Shown here: positions 10,618 through 22,791 of the stretch, in pieces
Position numbering within the stretch: position 1 is the first letter of the stretch
How the letters are laid out: every line of letters begins with the position of its first letter
Assembly (NCBI RefSeq): GCF_004010195.1
Contig: NC_057728.1
Coordinates: forward strand, 46,794,349-46,828,166
DNA: 33,818 nt
Direction: 5' to 3'
Source of the DNA: Chiloscyllium plagiosum
Lineage: Eukaryota
Position numbers and translations under genes: made by a program
The notes under the pieces: model-generated
The model's database searches: none
What the model was told of the DNA's origin: nothing
What the model saw: the letters and a program-made list of their open reading frames with translations, nothing else

Positions 10618-12086
10618 TGAGCTAACAAGAGCACCACTACTGGTGCTGCTACCATTTCTCCTGCTGCTACTGGTGCTGGTTTTACTTTATTTCTCTGCTT
10701 GCACTACAATTTATAGATTTTCTGCAGTAGTACATTTGTATTATGCCTTATTTTATTTATTTAAAAAATAGAGAGTGAACAAGTTTTATTAATTTAAGAA
10801 AGAGTGTGAACAAATTATATAAAAAGATGAAAATATCTGATAAATTTACAGAATTTAAACAAAAATCAGTAACTACTGAGTACTGTGTGTGTTGACAGCA
10901 CAAGCAATCCTTACTTTCAAAAAAGAATTGGTTCAACATCTAAAATGGAAACAAGGCCATTGGAAAGGCAGAAGTGTGAAACTAGACTAATTGTTCTTGT
11001 GGAAGAATAACATGGACAAGATAGGTTGAATGGCCTTTACATGCACTGGAACCATTCTCTCATTTTTATGGTACTGTCATCTCCTTGTTTGTGCTTTCAA
11101 GCTTTACAAGAAAAATAAATTAGGTTTAATATGAAATGTCTTCATGGCATTAGTTCCAAATGATATTCCAAACTACCTTCTGAGCATTGACACTACTCAA
11201 CTTGAACAGAATAGTTCAGTAGAATATGAATAAATCTCTAATACCTATAAGTGTCTATAATGCATAACAATTTTAACTCATTAATTGAGTTAAATGTAAA
11301 GATTAATTAATAAACAACAAATTATATGTCTTGTGAATTTTCTTTTAATTCCTCCTCTCAAAGTGCCAGTCCCATCTTGATTTGTTATGCTTTTGTTCTG
11401 CAATGCTTCGGTTACTCAGAAGTCAAGACCAATTCTGAGTGGACAAAAGGTCAAGAAGAAATATCCTGCTGCCAAAGAAGTAAGCTGCTATTTAAAAAAA
11501 AAAGACTGGTTTCTCTTGCAATGAAATATTGGGCAGTATTTGAACTCTCAATAAAGTGGTAGACTGGCTTACTGACAAAATGAAAGAAACTGGAGATAAG
11601 TACAATATATTAAATGAAAATGATACAGTCCATCATAATTAAGCCAGAGAAATGTTTGCAACATTGACTCCTTTCCAAACAAGCAGAAACCATACTCACG
11701 CATTGAGTTTCATTGTTCATGCTTTTCACAGAAACTATTTGTTTCAAGTTAATCAGGAATCACCTATGATTTGCATGTCGCTGGCTCTGTTGACAGCTGC
11801 TCAGACCCTGCAGCTGCATATTGGAATGACAGTACAGCTGATCCCAGTTATTTTAGGCACGAAAGCTAATTAAGGTGGACTAGCCTGAAGGCATTGCATA
11901 AGGAGAGCTTATGATCATCCCGAGCCCAAGAAAAAGGTCACAAGAGTCATGTTTGACAACTTCTTAAGGCAAAATAGTATTGGAGGATATTACGGAGGTT
12001 ATTGAACTTCATAGAGAATATAAAGTGTGGACAACGGAAAACAATACACGTTTATTTTCAATTCCTTGATGGAATATAGGTGTTAC

Positions 12087-12222
12087 AAACAAGATCAACA
12101 TTTAGTGACCCATCCCTAATTGTCCGTGAATTGAGTGATTTACTAGGCCAAACATACTGTTGGGGATCTGAAGTCACATGTAAGTCAGGTCAGGTGAGGA
12201 GAGCAGATTTCTTTCCCAAAGG
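12087..12222 (-). mobile_element. old shark SINE/LINE 3' fragment
   Basis: CATTTAGTGACCCATCCCTAATTGTCC...GGATCTGAAGTCACATGTAAG..CAGGTGAGGAGAGCAGATTTCTTTCCC resembles a common shark repeat (from recall). Confidence 0.5.
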
Positions 12223-12547
12223 TTTTCGAATGTGTGGAATCAAAATGTTGACCATTTCTGAACACAAGAATTTAAATTTATATAGCACATTTATGCTAAT
12301 GAACATGCCAAGTGATTAAGATGCAATGATCAAATGAGTGCTCAAAAGGCAGTCGACTGAAAGTATTTAAATGCAGCAAAGGATGCTCAACAATAGTCCA
12401 TAGAATGGGACACAGATGTTTGGAAGTTAAGTAAGGAGTGCCAGCAACATGAATACAAAAGACAATAAACATAACCAAAGAATTATGACATGGGCAAAGA
12501 TTTATCATTTTTAGCTGTCTATATATTTTTTGCTTGTCTAGTATTGT

Positions 12548-12745
12548 CCACTTGACTCAGTTAGTGTAATTCATATCTCTGAATACAGAGGTTGCCGGCA
12601 CAAGATCCATCCAAGATCTAAATGTATAATTTAGACTGACAGTTTAAGTGCAGAATTTAAAGGATTGATGCATTCTTTTAGGTGCTATCTTTCAGGTGAA
12701 ATTTTAAACAGAAGCTTTACCACCCCACTCAAGTGGATATAGTAA
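12548..12745 (+). mobile_element. highly diverged DeuSINE-type (tRNA head plus Deu domain) SINE
   Basis: TGACTCAGTTAG A box; TAGACTGACA..AGTGCAG...GGTGCTATCTTTCAGGTGAAATTTTAAACAGAAG...CTCAAGTGGAT matches the Deu-domain pattern; related inverted copy at 26120-26297. Confidence 0.55.
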
Positions 12746-12747
12746 TA

Positions 12748-13330
12748 TTTTTCAAAAATAAATTTTATTTTTGAAACTTGTAAAAAAAAATTACAAAAAC
12801 ATTTCAAATTGAATTTTACAACATCTCCCAGTATGGCATGATCCACTGAACATGATTGATAGACTTAAGATTTATACATTGTATAATACATTAATTACTT
12901 AATAATTATACAATACATTCCATGTTAGTTCTACAATTGGAGGGTAAAAACAATACACATTGGATGTTGCAGGAACTGAACACTGTTGAATTTATCTTTT
13001 TATATCATGCTACACTCTGAGCCTCAATGCATTTCAATGCTCATGCTTCATATTGTACATTCTTTATAAAGCAACAGCTCAAGAGGTTTTACAGTTTCTA
13101 TGCTATCAGTACACTATGTCTGAAAAACCTTAGACAACGATTTTTCTTCATTAGGCTTCTGTATTGGCTGCCCCAAGCTTTAGCGTCCCTCAGCATATAG
13201 CCCTGACCTTGCAATTTTCCAGTGTACAACACATGCTGAAAACATCCAAATGTGCAGAAGTGGAAAAATTATTTCCTCGTGTGTGTGTGTGGTACAGGAT
13301 ATTGTTGCACAGGGCTTTGAGCACCAATCA
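12748..13330 (-). mobile_element. Tx1/L1-clade LINE 3' end
   Basis: Minus strand 13212-13130 reads, with frameshifts, KV.GYMLRDA.KLGAA...V*, the typical Tx1 ORF2 C-terminus; then an AT-rich 3' UTR with AATAAA (12764-12769) and an A-run. Confidence 0.7.
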
Positions 13331-13794
13331 CCAACCATCAATCCTCCTTCCTATTCTTAGTCAAAGGGCCTGTCTAATTATCAGTGATGAAGAAGAAACC
13401 ATTGGAGAGTTTTAACAAGTAGGGGCACTTGTCTTAAGCAACAAAGTATATTTCATTATATGATATCGATAGATATAATTACCATTAATTATTTCAGCAT
13501 AATTACAACAGTCAGGAAACAAGGATACCATGTCTGTCTCCATTTAGATCTCAGACTATTTCTCCATCTAATGACCATGTAACATCATGAGATTGGGTAA
13601 AACTAATGCAACTTCAAATAGTCTCTTTGAAGACGGTTACTATATACAACAAATGTAAACATATCCATGTACACATCTACAGAAAGGATCCAGTTTCAGT
13701 TCCTCATGTCTCCAAGGTTTATTGTAATATAAGACTGTTTTCATGTGCTTAATACTTAACAAATCTACAATTGCTGATTGGCCAGTTTTTATTG

Positions 13795-14508
13795 ACCAAT
13801 GCGACTTGCCCATATGAAGGTTCTGGTGAACTGCTTTCTTGTACTGTCACTGCCTATTTATTGTTGAAGAATGAGGGAAGGAGTTTCAGGATTAATTCCA
13901 ATGACACTGAAGAAACAGAAATATACTTTCAAGTCAGGATAGTGAGTGGCGTAGAGGGAAACTTGCATTTGATTGTGGGATAAGAAGGTGCTGCCTAAGG
14001 AGTGTTGGTGAATTTCTGCAATGAATTTTGTAGACGGTACGCTCTATTGCTACTGTTTTTTAGTTGAAGAGGGACTGACTGTCTAAGGATGAGGTGCCAG
14101 TCAAGAAGACTGATTTAGAATCATAGAGTCATAGCGATGTACTTAGCTCCTTGAAAGTAGAGTCACAGATAGATAGGATAGTGAAGATGGTGTTTGGCAT
14201 GCTTTCCTTTATTGGTCAGAGCATTGACTATAGGAGTTGGGAGGCCATGTTGCGGCTGTACAGGATGTTGGTTAGGCCACTTTTAGAATACTGCATGCAA
14301 TTCTGGTCTCCTTCCTATCGGAAGGATATTGTGAAACTTGAAAGGGTTCAGGAAAGATTTGTGAGGATGTTGCCAGTGTCGGAGGATTTGAGCTATAGGG
14401 AGAGGCTGAATAGGCTGGGGCTGGTGGTGGAGGCTGGTGTGATGGATAGTATCAAGCTTCTTGAGTGTTATTGGAACTGCACTCAACCAAGCAAGTGGGG
14501 AGTATTCA
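13795..14508 (-). mobile_element. old LINE fragment (CR1/L2 group), interrupted at 14116-14438
   Basis: AGGGAAGGAGTTTCAGGA...GACACTGAAGAAACAG..ATATACTTTCAAGTCAGGATAGTGAGTGGC; resumes as GCTTCTTGAGTGTTATTGGAACTGCACTCA; same family at 26450-26620. Confidence 0.6.
14116..14438. mobile_element. CR1 insertion with internal inversion (3' tail on minus strand, ORF2 fragment on plus strand)
   Basis: 14116-14142 is the reverse complement of the CR1 tail GTACATC.CTATGACTCTATGA; 14144-14423 encodes VRPLLEYCMQFWSPSYRKDIVKLERVQERF..ML on the plus strand. Confidence 0.88.
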
Positions 14509-15054
14509 GTTATGTTTGAACCAATCCTTTATGTGTGACGGTGCCTCATGCCTTTGTTGCAAATAAGCATGAGTACTTGCATTGGTATAAGAAAATGACA
14601 ATGGCATGCTGAAATCTCTGCTCAACATTCTAACATTCATTAAGAACCAATATGGCACCTCTAGCAGTGTGTTCATCAATACAAACATAGTGAGTGCAAA
14701 CTTTAGAGTCATAATGGAATATTGACGACTGTATTGTGCAATACCATGTTAATTGAATGTGCAACACTTACCGATTAACTGAGCATTAATGCTAAGACAT
14801 GCATTCCCTCTCTTAGCCCCACTAATTTTATATACATAAGAGAAAAAATGCATTACGAAACCTTTTAGCATGGAAAGTCCTAACAATATCGAGCAAATGG
14901 ACATATTTACATTGGTCTGTCTTATGTTGTATTTTTCCATGCACATTACAGCAATACATTTGAAATATACAGTGGAAAAAAATATAAAAAGTGTAAATCC
15001 CTTTGCTTCACATATCTATTTTTTGCTTAAAAGATGGAATGACTTTTGGTTCAA

Positions 15055-15375
15055 TGATCCCTTGTAATGAGGTATTCCATACTGCAACACATCTCTCTGA
15101 AAAAATTCCTATAACCTCACCTCTCATTGCCTTTGTTATACTTTTAAATGATGACCTCACTCACTAAGTCATAAGCCAGAGGAGATAATGTCAAATTGGA
15201 GAGAGTATCAAACACCTTAATAATTTTCAAAACTCTGTACTAAGTCACCCATTAGCTCCCGTGGAAATAGTTCCAACTTCATGCATGTGTTAATGCTCTT
15301 TTTGTTCTGGAGAGGAGAAAGCTTCACACAATACTCTAACAGTGGTGTACCAACGTTTTATATAAATTTAGCAAT
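15055..15375 (-). mobile_element. very old CR1 3' fragment
   Basis: TATTCCATAC...TGAAAAAATTCC...AAGTCACCCATTAGC...CACACAATACTCTAACAGTGGTGTACCAACGTTTTATATAA is antisense of CR1 LYKTLV.PLLEYCV. Confidence 0.6.
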
Positions 15376-15927
15376 TGCATAGCCCATTTAAATTTCAGTC
15401 AACTGTATTTATCAGAATAAAACTTAATGCACAAAATTGCAGAATCATTTAGAAGATTGCAGATTAATTGTTTTGACTTCAATCAGCTATGCTGAAATAC
15501 AAGGTGAAACATCACCGCTTGCATTTGGTGAAGAAATTAAAAAATAAAACATTAAGCTTTTCTGGCAAGGTGAGTCATGCTGAGGTAACAAAGATTTGGA
15601 TCACCATGGCAATAACTCCCACTCAATGGACTATTAAGATATATAAAGAAAAGTAACATAACTAATAAACTGAAAATATTATCTTGCAGATTAAAATTCG
15701 AGATTGATCTGTAAATATTACAGATATCTGCAATTAGTTAAATTGAAATGTATTCTTTATATAGCAATATATATTGATTAACTAAATTTGCATTGCTTTC
15801 AACTGATTGAAACTCCTATATGCTGAACGCACCTTTAGTTTTCGATTAATTTAGTAGATTAATTTAGTAATTTTAAATTATACTGACACATCACTGATTA
15901 TACATTAGCAAGTTAGGGAACTGAAGA

Positions 15928-16245
15928 GGGCGGTGCAGTGGCTCAGTGGTTAGCACTGCAGCCTCACAGCGCCAGGAACCCAGGTCCGATTTCAGCCTTG
16001 GGTGACAGTCTGTGTGGAGTTTGCACGTTCTCTCTGTGTTAGCATGGGTTTCCTCCAGGTGCTCCGGTTTCCTCCCGCAATCCAAAAATGTCCAGGTTAG
16101 GTGATTTGGTCATGCTAAACTGCCCATAGTGTTTTGGGATGTGTAGGTTAGAGGTAAATGTAGAGTAATGTGGGATACTATTCAGAGGGTTTGTATAGAT
16201 TTGTAGGGCTGAAGGGCCTGTTTCCATGCTGTAGGGATTCTATGA
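15928..16245 (+). mobile_element. HE1 SINE
   Basis: A box TGGCTCAGTGG, V-domain TCTGTGTGGAGTTTGCACGTTCTC...GGTGCTCCGGTTTCCTCCC, 3' GAAGGGCCTGTTTCCATGCTGTAGGGATTCTATGA. Confidence 0.93.
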
Positions 16246-17632
16246 AACATATCTCACAGTCCATGTTACTTAATCATATAAGTTTTAGGTGACGCTGTCA
16301 GTAATGCATGAACATGCTGAAACAAGTTATCTCTGCAAACAGATGATGGAGGGTATAAAAAACACATTTTGATTAGTGAATGTTCTACATAAAACGAATA
16401 CATTGAAGATAATATCAGACTATATTCAATTTATGCAAATTATAATCAGATTGATACTACAATCATGACACAATGACTATCACTCTTCCACAATTATTAG
16501 CAATACACAAAATATGAATAATTTATTTTCAACATGGAATAATATAGATGCTCTGAATAATTCTAGCAATTGTACCCTTGATGCAGCCTCTGGCAAAACT
16601 GTTAACAAAATACCTGTACTTCAATTTTTCCTCATTTGTTTCTTGTGTTCAGATCTACGTTGAACAGAAATACACCTTCAAATTTACTGATAAACAGGTT
16701 ATTGCCAGAGCACAATTAATTAAAAAATATCAAATTGCAAGCAAATTATTAATATTAAATCGTTATGTTCCATCCACTTCAACATATGTATTCGATATTT
16801 CTATTTAATCAGTGTATGTGGAGACATTAAAACTGCTAACTCAGAAGAGTTACTGAAAATAGCAATATACTAATGTAATTTACACCATATACAATTTTAG
16901 ACTGATTCATCACTGTCATCAGAGTTCATCTCTAATAATGTTTGAAATCAGTTGCAGTTAAGTACTGACATTTTTCTTTTAACTCTGTGACCACTATAAG
17001 CCTTCAAATTTGGAAAGTGTTACAACAAGATTGGAAAGGCACAGAGAAAATAAAATTAAGAAATTATGAAATTTCACCTGTATCTTAAATTGTAAAAGTC
17101 TGAGCATTGTAGAGGGGTGGAAGGTCTAAAGCCATAACCGGGCACATTGAGCCATGTAAGTTCTCATTTTCAGATTCTTTGTAACCAGATTCTATAGTTC
17201 ACATTACAGCTTAGCATAATAAATACAGTTGCTATAGTACATAGAATTACATTGAATATACAGCACAGGGCCAGAAGGAACTGAACACAAAAATTATATT
17301 GATAAACAGTGCATTGGATAGACCACATCTCAAGCACAGTGTACAGTATTGATCTCTTTATTTGTGGAAGGATTCTGCCCAATTATATTTCCCCCATCAC
17401 CTCCCAGCCTGACTGCAGGGGGCACTAAATTCTGCCCACACTGAAGTTTGTGGACGGACCCAAATTTTGGGTTCTCATGCTCCACTGGCCCACCTATTCT
17501 CAGTGGGTTAGGCCATCTAAAAACACTCAACCATGGTGATTCACATTGCTACTAGCTCCATAATTACAACTTCCCTATTTTATCCCCGAAAATCATTACA
17601 AATTATTTTGAGGTTGACCAAATAAAAGTGCA

Positions 17633-18124
17633 AAGGTCTGAGGGAGTGCCGCTGAACAAAGAGACGTTGGAGTGCAGGTTCAGAGCTTCTTGAAAATGGA
17701 GTTATAGTTCGATAGGATAGTGAAGAAGGCATTTGCTATGCATTTCTTTATTGGTCAGAGTACTGATTTGGGAGGTCATGTTGAGGCTGTACAGGACATT
17801 GGTTAGGCCACTGTTGGAATATTGTGTGCAATTCCGGACTCCTTCCTATTGGAAGGATGTTGTGAAACTTGAAAGGGTTCAGAAAAGATTTGCAAGCATG
17901 TTGCCAAGGTTGGAGGATTTGAGCTATAGGGAGAGGTTGAATAGGCTAGGGCTGTCTTCCCTGGAGTGTCGGAGGCTGAGGGATGACCTTATAGAGGTTT
18001 ATGGGATATGGGCCGGGTGCTGGCAGGTGGGACTAGATTGGGTTGGGATATCTGTTCGGCATGGACACGTTGAACCGAAGGGTCTGTTTCTGTGCTGTAC
18101 GTCTCTATGACTCTATGACTCTAC
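17633..18124 (+). mobile_element. CR1 (HER1-like) 3' fragment with a ~240-bp internal deletion
   Basis: LYRTLVRPLLEYCVQF..PSYWKDVVKLERVQKRF; at 18002 it jumps to the 3' UTR relative to the 30418-31062 copy; (CTATGACT)n tail. Confidence 0.93.
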
Positions 18125-18129
18125 ATTGT

Positions 18130-18575
18130 CAGGTTTGTTGAACAAGGAAAATTTCTTAACTAGAAAAGGACAAACTTCAGTTGGTTGAAAAGGAATCCAA
18201 ACCACGGGGACTGCAATCAAAAATTAGCAGGCAAAGATATAATTGAACAATGCAAGACCTTCACAGAGGAGATGGTTTAGGTCCAGAATAGGCTTATTCC
18301 CATGAGAAGGAAAGGAAGGGCATCCAAATCTAAAGTTCCCTGGATGACAGAAGAAATAATGGTTAAAACAAGAATAAAAGAAGAACCGTTATAGTAAAGC
18401 TCAGCTTCACAATATAGTGGAGAACTTATGCAAACTTTGAAAAGTAAAAAATGAGATCTAACAAGTGTTAGTGCTTTAAAGGAAATGAAGAGCAAAGAAA
18501 GAATGAGAATTGAATACCAACCAACATAAAAGAGAAGCCAACAGTCCTTTACAAATGTCTAAATGGTAAAGGATT
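18130..18575 (+). mobile_element. old CR1 ORF2 fragments
   Basis: GGAATCCAAACCACGGGGA (ES.TRG) and ATTCCCATGAGAAGGAAAGGAAGGGCATCCAAATCTAAAGTTCCCTGGATGAC (IP.R.KGR..K...PWM). Confidence 0.6.
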
Positions 18576-18628
18576 TAGAAAGGTTAGGGTTTATTGTGCG
18601 GCATCCCTTCCTCTGAGCCAGAAACTCT

Positions 18629-18849
18629 GAGGAGAAAATGAGGACTGCAGATGCTGGAGATCAGAGCTGAAAAATGTGTTGCTGGAAAAGCGCAGCAGGT
18701 CAGGCAGCATCCAAGGAGCAGGAGAATTGACGTTTCGGGCGTAAGCCCTTCTTCAGGACTGAAGAAGGGTTTATGCCCGAAACATCGATTCTCCTGCTCC
18801 TTGGATGCTGCCTGACCTGCTGCGCTTTTCCAGCAACACATTTTTCAGC
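18629..18849 (-). mobile_element. fold-back PLE family A mini-copy
   Basis: Arms 18667-18756 and 18759-18849 are near-perfect inverted repeats with a 2-nt loop; tail 18629-18666 on the left; TSD CCAGAAACTCT 18618-18628 / CCAGAAATTCT 18850-18860. Confidence 0.93.
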
Positions 18850-19554
18850 CCAGAAATTCTTAGTTTGAATTCTACCCTGGAACTTGATGGCCAACCAAGG
18901 TGTGCTCATACTGTGGCCTGGCAGGTTCAATGGCACTGGCAAACATGAATAGTGGAAAAGATTCCTAGTCAATGACCAGGCAGTTGCTGAATAAGAGGAG
19001 GTAATGAAGGACTTTATGTTCACAGCATTGGCAAAACCAAGTTGACAGAACTGGGTGAGCTGAATGGGCGACCTATTTGAGAGGTCAGGGAAGGGGAGGT
19101 TGTGGCCTCTCGTGGGCACAGAGGACACCAAGAGGAGGTGCTCCACGCTCACGCCCTCCCCTAGCCACAGATTAAAAGCTGGTGGTCTACCCACTGAGTA
19201 TGGGTCTCTCCTTGCCATGGCTCAAATGGAGAAGGAGGCTGAATAAATAATTTATTTGGGTATTGATTGGCCACTTTGGAGTCTTAGTAGACCATAGGGC
19301 ATACAGACTGCCTGATATTACAATATAGTTGGTAGATCTGGGTGCTGTAGGTGCAGGAAGGTGGTGGAAAGTCCATGTACTGGATATTATGAGCCTCAGC
19401 CTCAATTGTCTTCAAATACAGCAGTCAGTGGTCATGACATACAACTCATTGTGTCTTATTATGGGCAGCACACCATGCAAAGCGGATGAATACTTTGGAA
19501 AGGTTTACTTGAAAAATTCTAGGGATGAGAGGTCGTAGTTAAAGAGCCATTTGT

Positions 19555-19920
19555 ATCAGAGAAGGCCAAGTGGAGATTTTATATGCATATTCAAAATCAC
19601 AACAGTTTCCATAGAGTTATTAAAGAGAATTGTTCCAAATGATTAATGGCTTAATGACCAGAGGGGATAAGTGTAAAGCAATTGGCAGAAGAACTAGAGA
19701 CAACATGAGGAAAATTATTTTACAAAACAAATGTACTTCCTGACAGGGTGATGGATTCAAACTGAATAGCAGCTCAACAAAAAAACTGGAGACAATTTTA
19801 AAAAAATAATTTTATTTGGAAATCGTAGGGGAGTGACAATAATTAGGTTGCTCTTTGAAACAACTCATAAAGCTTTGAGAGACTATGACCTCCTTTTGAG
19901 CCGTACTATCATATGATGCT
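19555..19920 (+). mobile_element. very old CR1 3' fragment
   Basis: AGAAGGCCAAGTGGAGATTT...TTCAAAATCA...ACCAGAGGGGATAAGTGTAAAGCAATTGGCAGAAGAACTAGAG..ACATGAGGAAAA. Confidence 0.6.
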
Positions 19921-20149
19921 GTGCTAGTCTAAACAAGGAGGAGAGACACTGATCATTCAGCAAAACAAAGATATTTTGTGGCAGTAAAGAGCATAGCAGA
20001 AGTTTGTTACTGTCTTGGCATCTACATTCACTGGAGAAAACACTGCTGCCAATATAGCAATGAAGATTGGGATTAGCAGCAAAATTGAACAGATTAGGAA
20101 TGGATAAAAAAGAGATCTTTTTTATGGTTGGTAGTAGAAAAATCATTTC

Positions 20150-21170
20150 ATCCAGAAAGGTTGCATCCTAGTTTATTGAGGGAAGTTAAAGTGGAAATTG
20201 CGGAAGCTCTGACCACAATCCTCCAATGCAGAGGAGTCTAATCTCATACACTTCCAATGTAGAGGAGACTAATATGGTACACTTTGATAGGAAGAGAAAG
20301 AAACAGTATAAATTAAATGACACAAATTGAAAAACATATAGATTGAAGATTGCAGAACACGTTGGGAAAGCATTTTGAATTTTTGGCTTTCTAAACATAG
20401 ATACAGAGTACAAAATCAAGGAAGTTATGACAAACCTTTATAAAACACAAGTTAAGCTTCAGCACTGGATACCACCATTTAGGCATGATGTCAAAGCCTT
20501 AAAGAAGTTGAGAAGCCTTTTGTTAAAATGGTCAGAGGGACTCCTCAGTTGTTTAGAGTGACAACTAAGGTGACAAGATGGTTACCCTTAGAAATGAGAA
20601 GCGTTGACAGAGGTGCCCATGGTTAATACATGATCTTGATACGAGCAATTCTGAAGAACTATTATCAGTGACAGAAGATTCTATTAGCAGAGGACAATGA
20701 TTTGATATATTTGGCACATGAGGAAACATAGATAAGGAGATTTTTTTTCCACTCAGAAGGTTTTTTTTGACTTTGGAATTCTCCACCTTACAAAGCAGTT
20801 GGGGGCGAAGTCATTGAATATTTAAAAGCAGAGGTAGATAGAGTCTTGTTAATCGAGGGAACCAGGGGTTATTGGAGTAAATGGGAACACAAATAGGTCT
20901 GCCTTGTCCTCACTGAGTAGTGGAGCAGGCTTGTGGAGCCAAATTGACTATCCCTCTTTCTAATTCTCATGTTACGAGTGAAAGTGTGGCCACAGGTTTA
21001 GCAGTTACTTGCAAAAGAAAGTTAGTTGAATACTTAGAGCAAATGGTTTACTGGGCATTAGGACAAAAGTACGAAGTACAGGACTAATTCTATAAACCTA
21101 TAAAACAGCTAATATAAGCATGGTGGGCTGAATGGCCTCTTTATGTGTGGTATCATTTTATGATTCTACA
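20150..21170 (+). mobile_element. cluster of old CR1 ORF2 and 3' fragments
   Basis: GCATCCTAG...GAGGGAAGTTAAAGTGGAAATTGCGGAAGCTCTGACC (HP...REVKVEIAEALT), IEYK.KEVM.NLYKT.V, and two 3' UTR tails near 20920-20970 and 21118-21168. Confidence 0.7.
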
Positions 21171-21779
21171 AGGGCTCATCTACAGAGTTGTGTAGACACT
21201 TCATGCTAAAACCACTGAAATACTTCCCAACTTTGTGCTCTGTAGGCCAGAGTTTTGATCATTGGATGTTTGTTTTAGAAATTGAGGTGCACTCTGGGAA
21301 TTAGCTACTCTGCAAATTATGCGAAAGTCACATGCAGATTTTGCCTAAATTCCTGCCTTACTGGGAGAGTGAGGCTTTCTGCCCTAAGTGGGCAGTGTTA
21401 GAAAAAGCCCTGCCCCTCAAATCTCAACTCCTACCTCTCCCTAGAATGAAGTGAAGAATTGTAGAGTTGTGGAGACAGAGCTGAATACTATTATCCTTCT
21501 GTCTACTTAACGTATTTTCGTACTCATTATTCAAATTGTCAAGTTCACCTTCTCCTGAATACATTATTTTTAGAGATGTGTTGCAGTCAATTTCTTCATT
21601 TCTGTGCTAATAGATCTCCATCATTCTGAAAGTCCCAATAACAATCCCCAAATGGTTTTCATACGAGAAGCATTATCCTTCACAACTATTGACAGGAAAA
21701 GAGAGAACTGGTGTTGGGCACTCATAATGATAAAAATGCAACAAATTACAAAATGTTAATGTAAACTGCAATGTTTACT

Positions 21780-21943
21780 TTTTCAATATATAACTCCAGT
21801 TACATCACACTGTATAATTTTCCTTTAAATTCTGTGTCCTACAACCTTATACTCCATAATCATCCGATGAAGGAGCAGTGTTCCGAAAGCTAGCGCTTTC
21901 AAATAAACCTGTTGTACTATAACCTGGTGTTGTGTGATTTTTA
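21780..21943 (+). mobile_element. short non-palindromic PLE family B copy lacking the tail
   Basis: Reverse complement of about 8532-8697; hammerhead remnant CCGAUGA-AGGAGCAGUGUUCC-GAAAGCUA; perfect 12-bp TSD GCAATGTTTACT 21768-21779 / 21944-21955. Confidence 0.9.
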
Positions 21944-22647
21944 GCAATGTTTACTGAGTTTTAAATCTTTTCAATGGGTTCTGATGATCAGACTGAGATC
22001 AGCTTCTTTGAAAGGACAAGTTAGTGGTATCTCATGTTTATGTTTATTGGATTTTCTGGCGGTCTTTGTTGAATGTAGACTCTTAACAATGATGAATATA
22101 ATTGTTTACCAATAAAATTCAAAGAACAGTATTTATCCTGTATTGTATTTGAAGAGAAACAAATCATACCCTAAGGACTAATAGCATAATTATCACAAAA
22201 CCATGAACAATATCTACTACTTTCCAATTACCAAATTATTAGATAATGCAGTCGCCTGTACTCAATCATCAGTATTAAAAGTCAAAGTTTATTCTTGTGA
22301 TTTGTTAGTCTACCATTTGTCCAATAGTAAAATATTGGTGGAAAATGTATTGGAAAGGGAAAACAGTATTGTCATAATGCTAGTTAGAAAAAAAATAATA
22401 ATTGGAACATTTCATTTTAGAAAACAACTCCAGGTCATTTCTTGAGGGGTCAGAAGTACACCGGTGAAGTGATGGTTTAGAAACTGCCACCATTTTCACC
22501 ATCCAATGAGAGACAGGGAGCTGGTAGTGGAACATTGCAGCCAAATCCATTGCAAGTTGCCAGCCCTCCCTGCGAGACCTGTGAAGCGCTGTTGACTGAC
22601 TGAGCAACAGGAAAGTGCTGCCACTACTATTAGTGTCCATGAAGCTC

Positions 22648-22706
22648 AATGACAGAGCAGACTTGACTGGCCAAATGGCCTAAACCTGCTCCTAATCCCT
22701 ACATTC
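22648..22706 (+). mobile_element. CR1 3' UTR tail
   Basis: AATGACAGAGCAGACTTGACTGGCCAAATGGCCTAAACCTGCTCCTAAT. Confidence 0.7.
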
Positions 22707-22791
22707 AAACATTCCCAAATAAAATTAACTACAGAAGGCCATAGGAGTCATTTGTCTCCCAGATATTATCACTCAGTGGTAAACTGTGATA

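Noticed and set aside
10365..10633. TSD around the 10374 family A palindrome
   Set aside because: Best match is 11 of 15 and overlaps the element arm
18700..19218. 172-aa minus-strand ORF
   Set aside because: Its C-terminal part is the non-coding PLE palindrome and the rest has no recognisable motif
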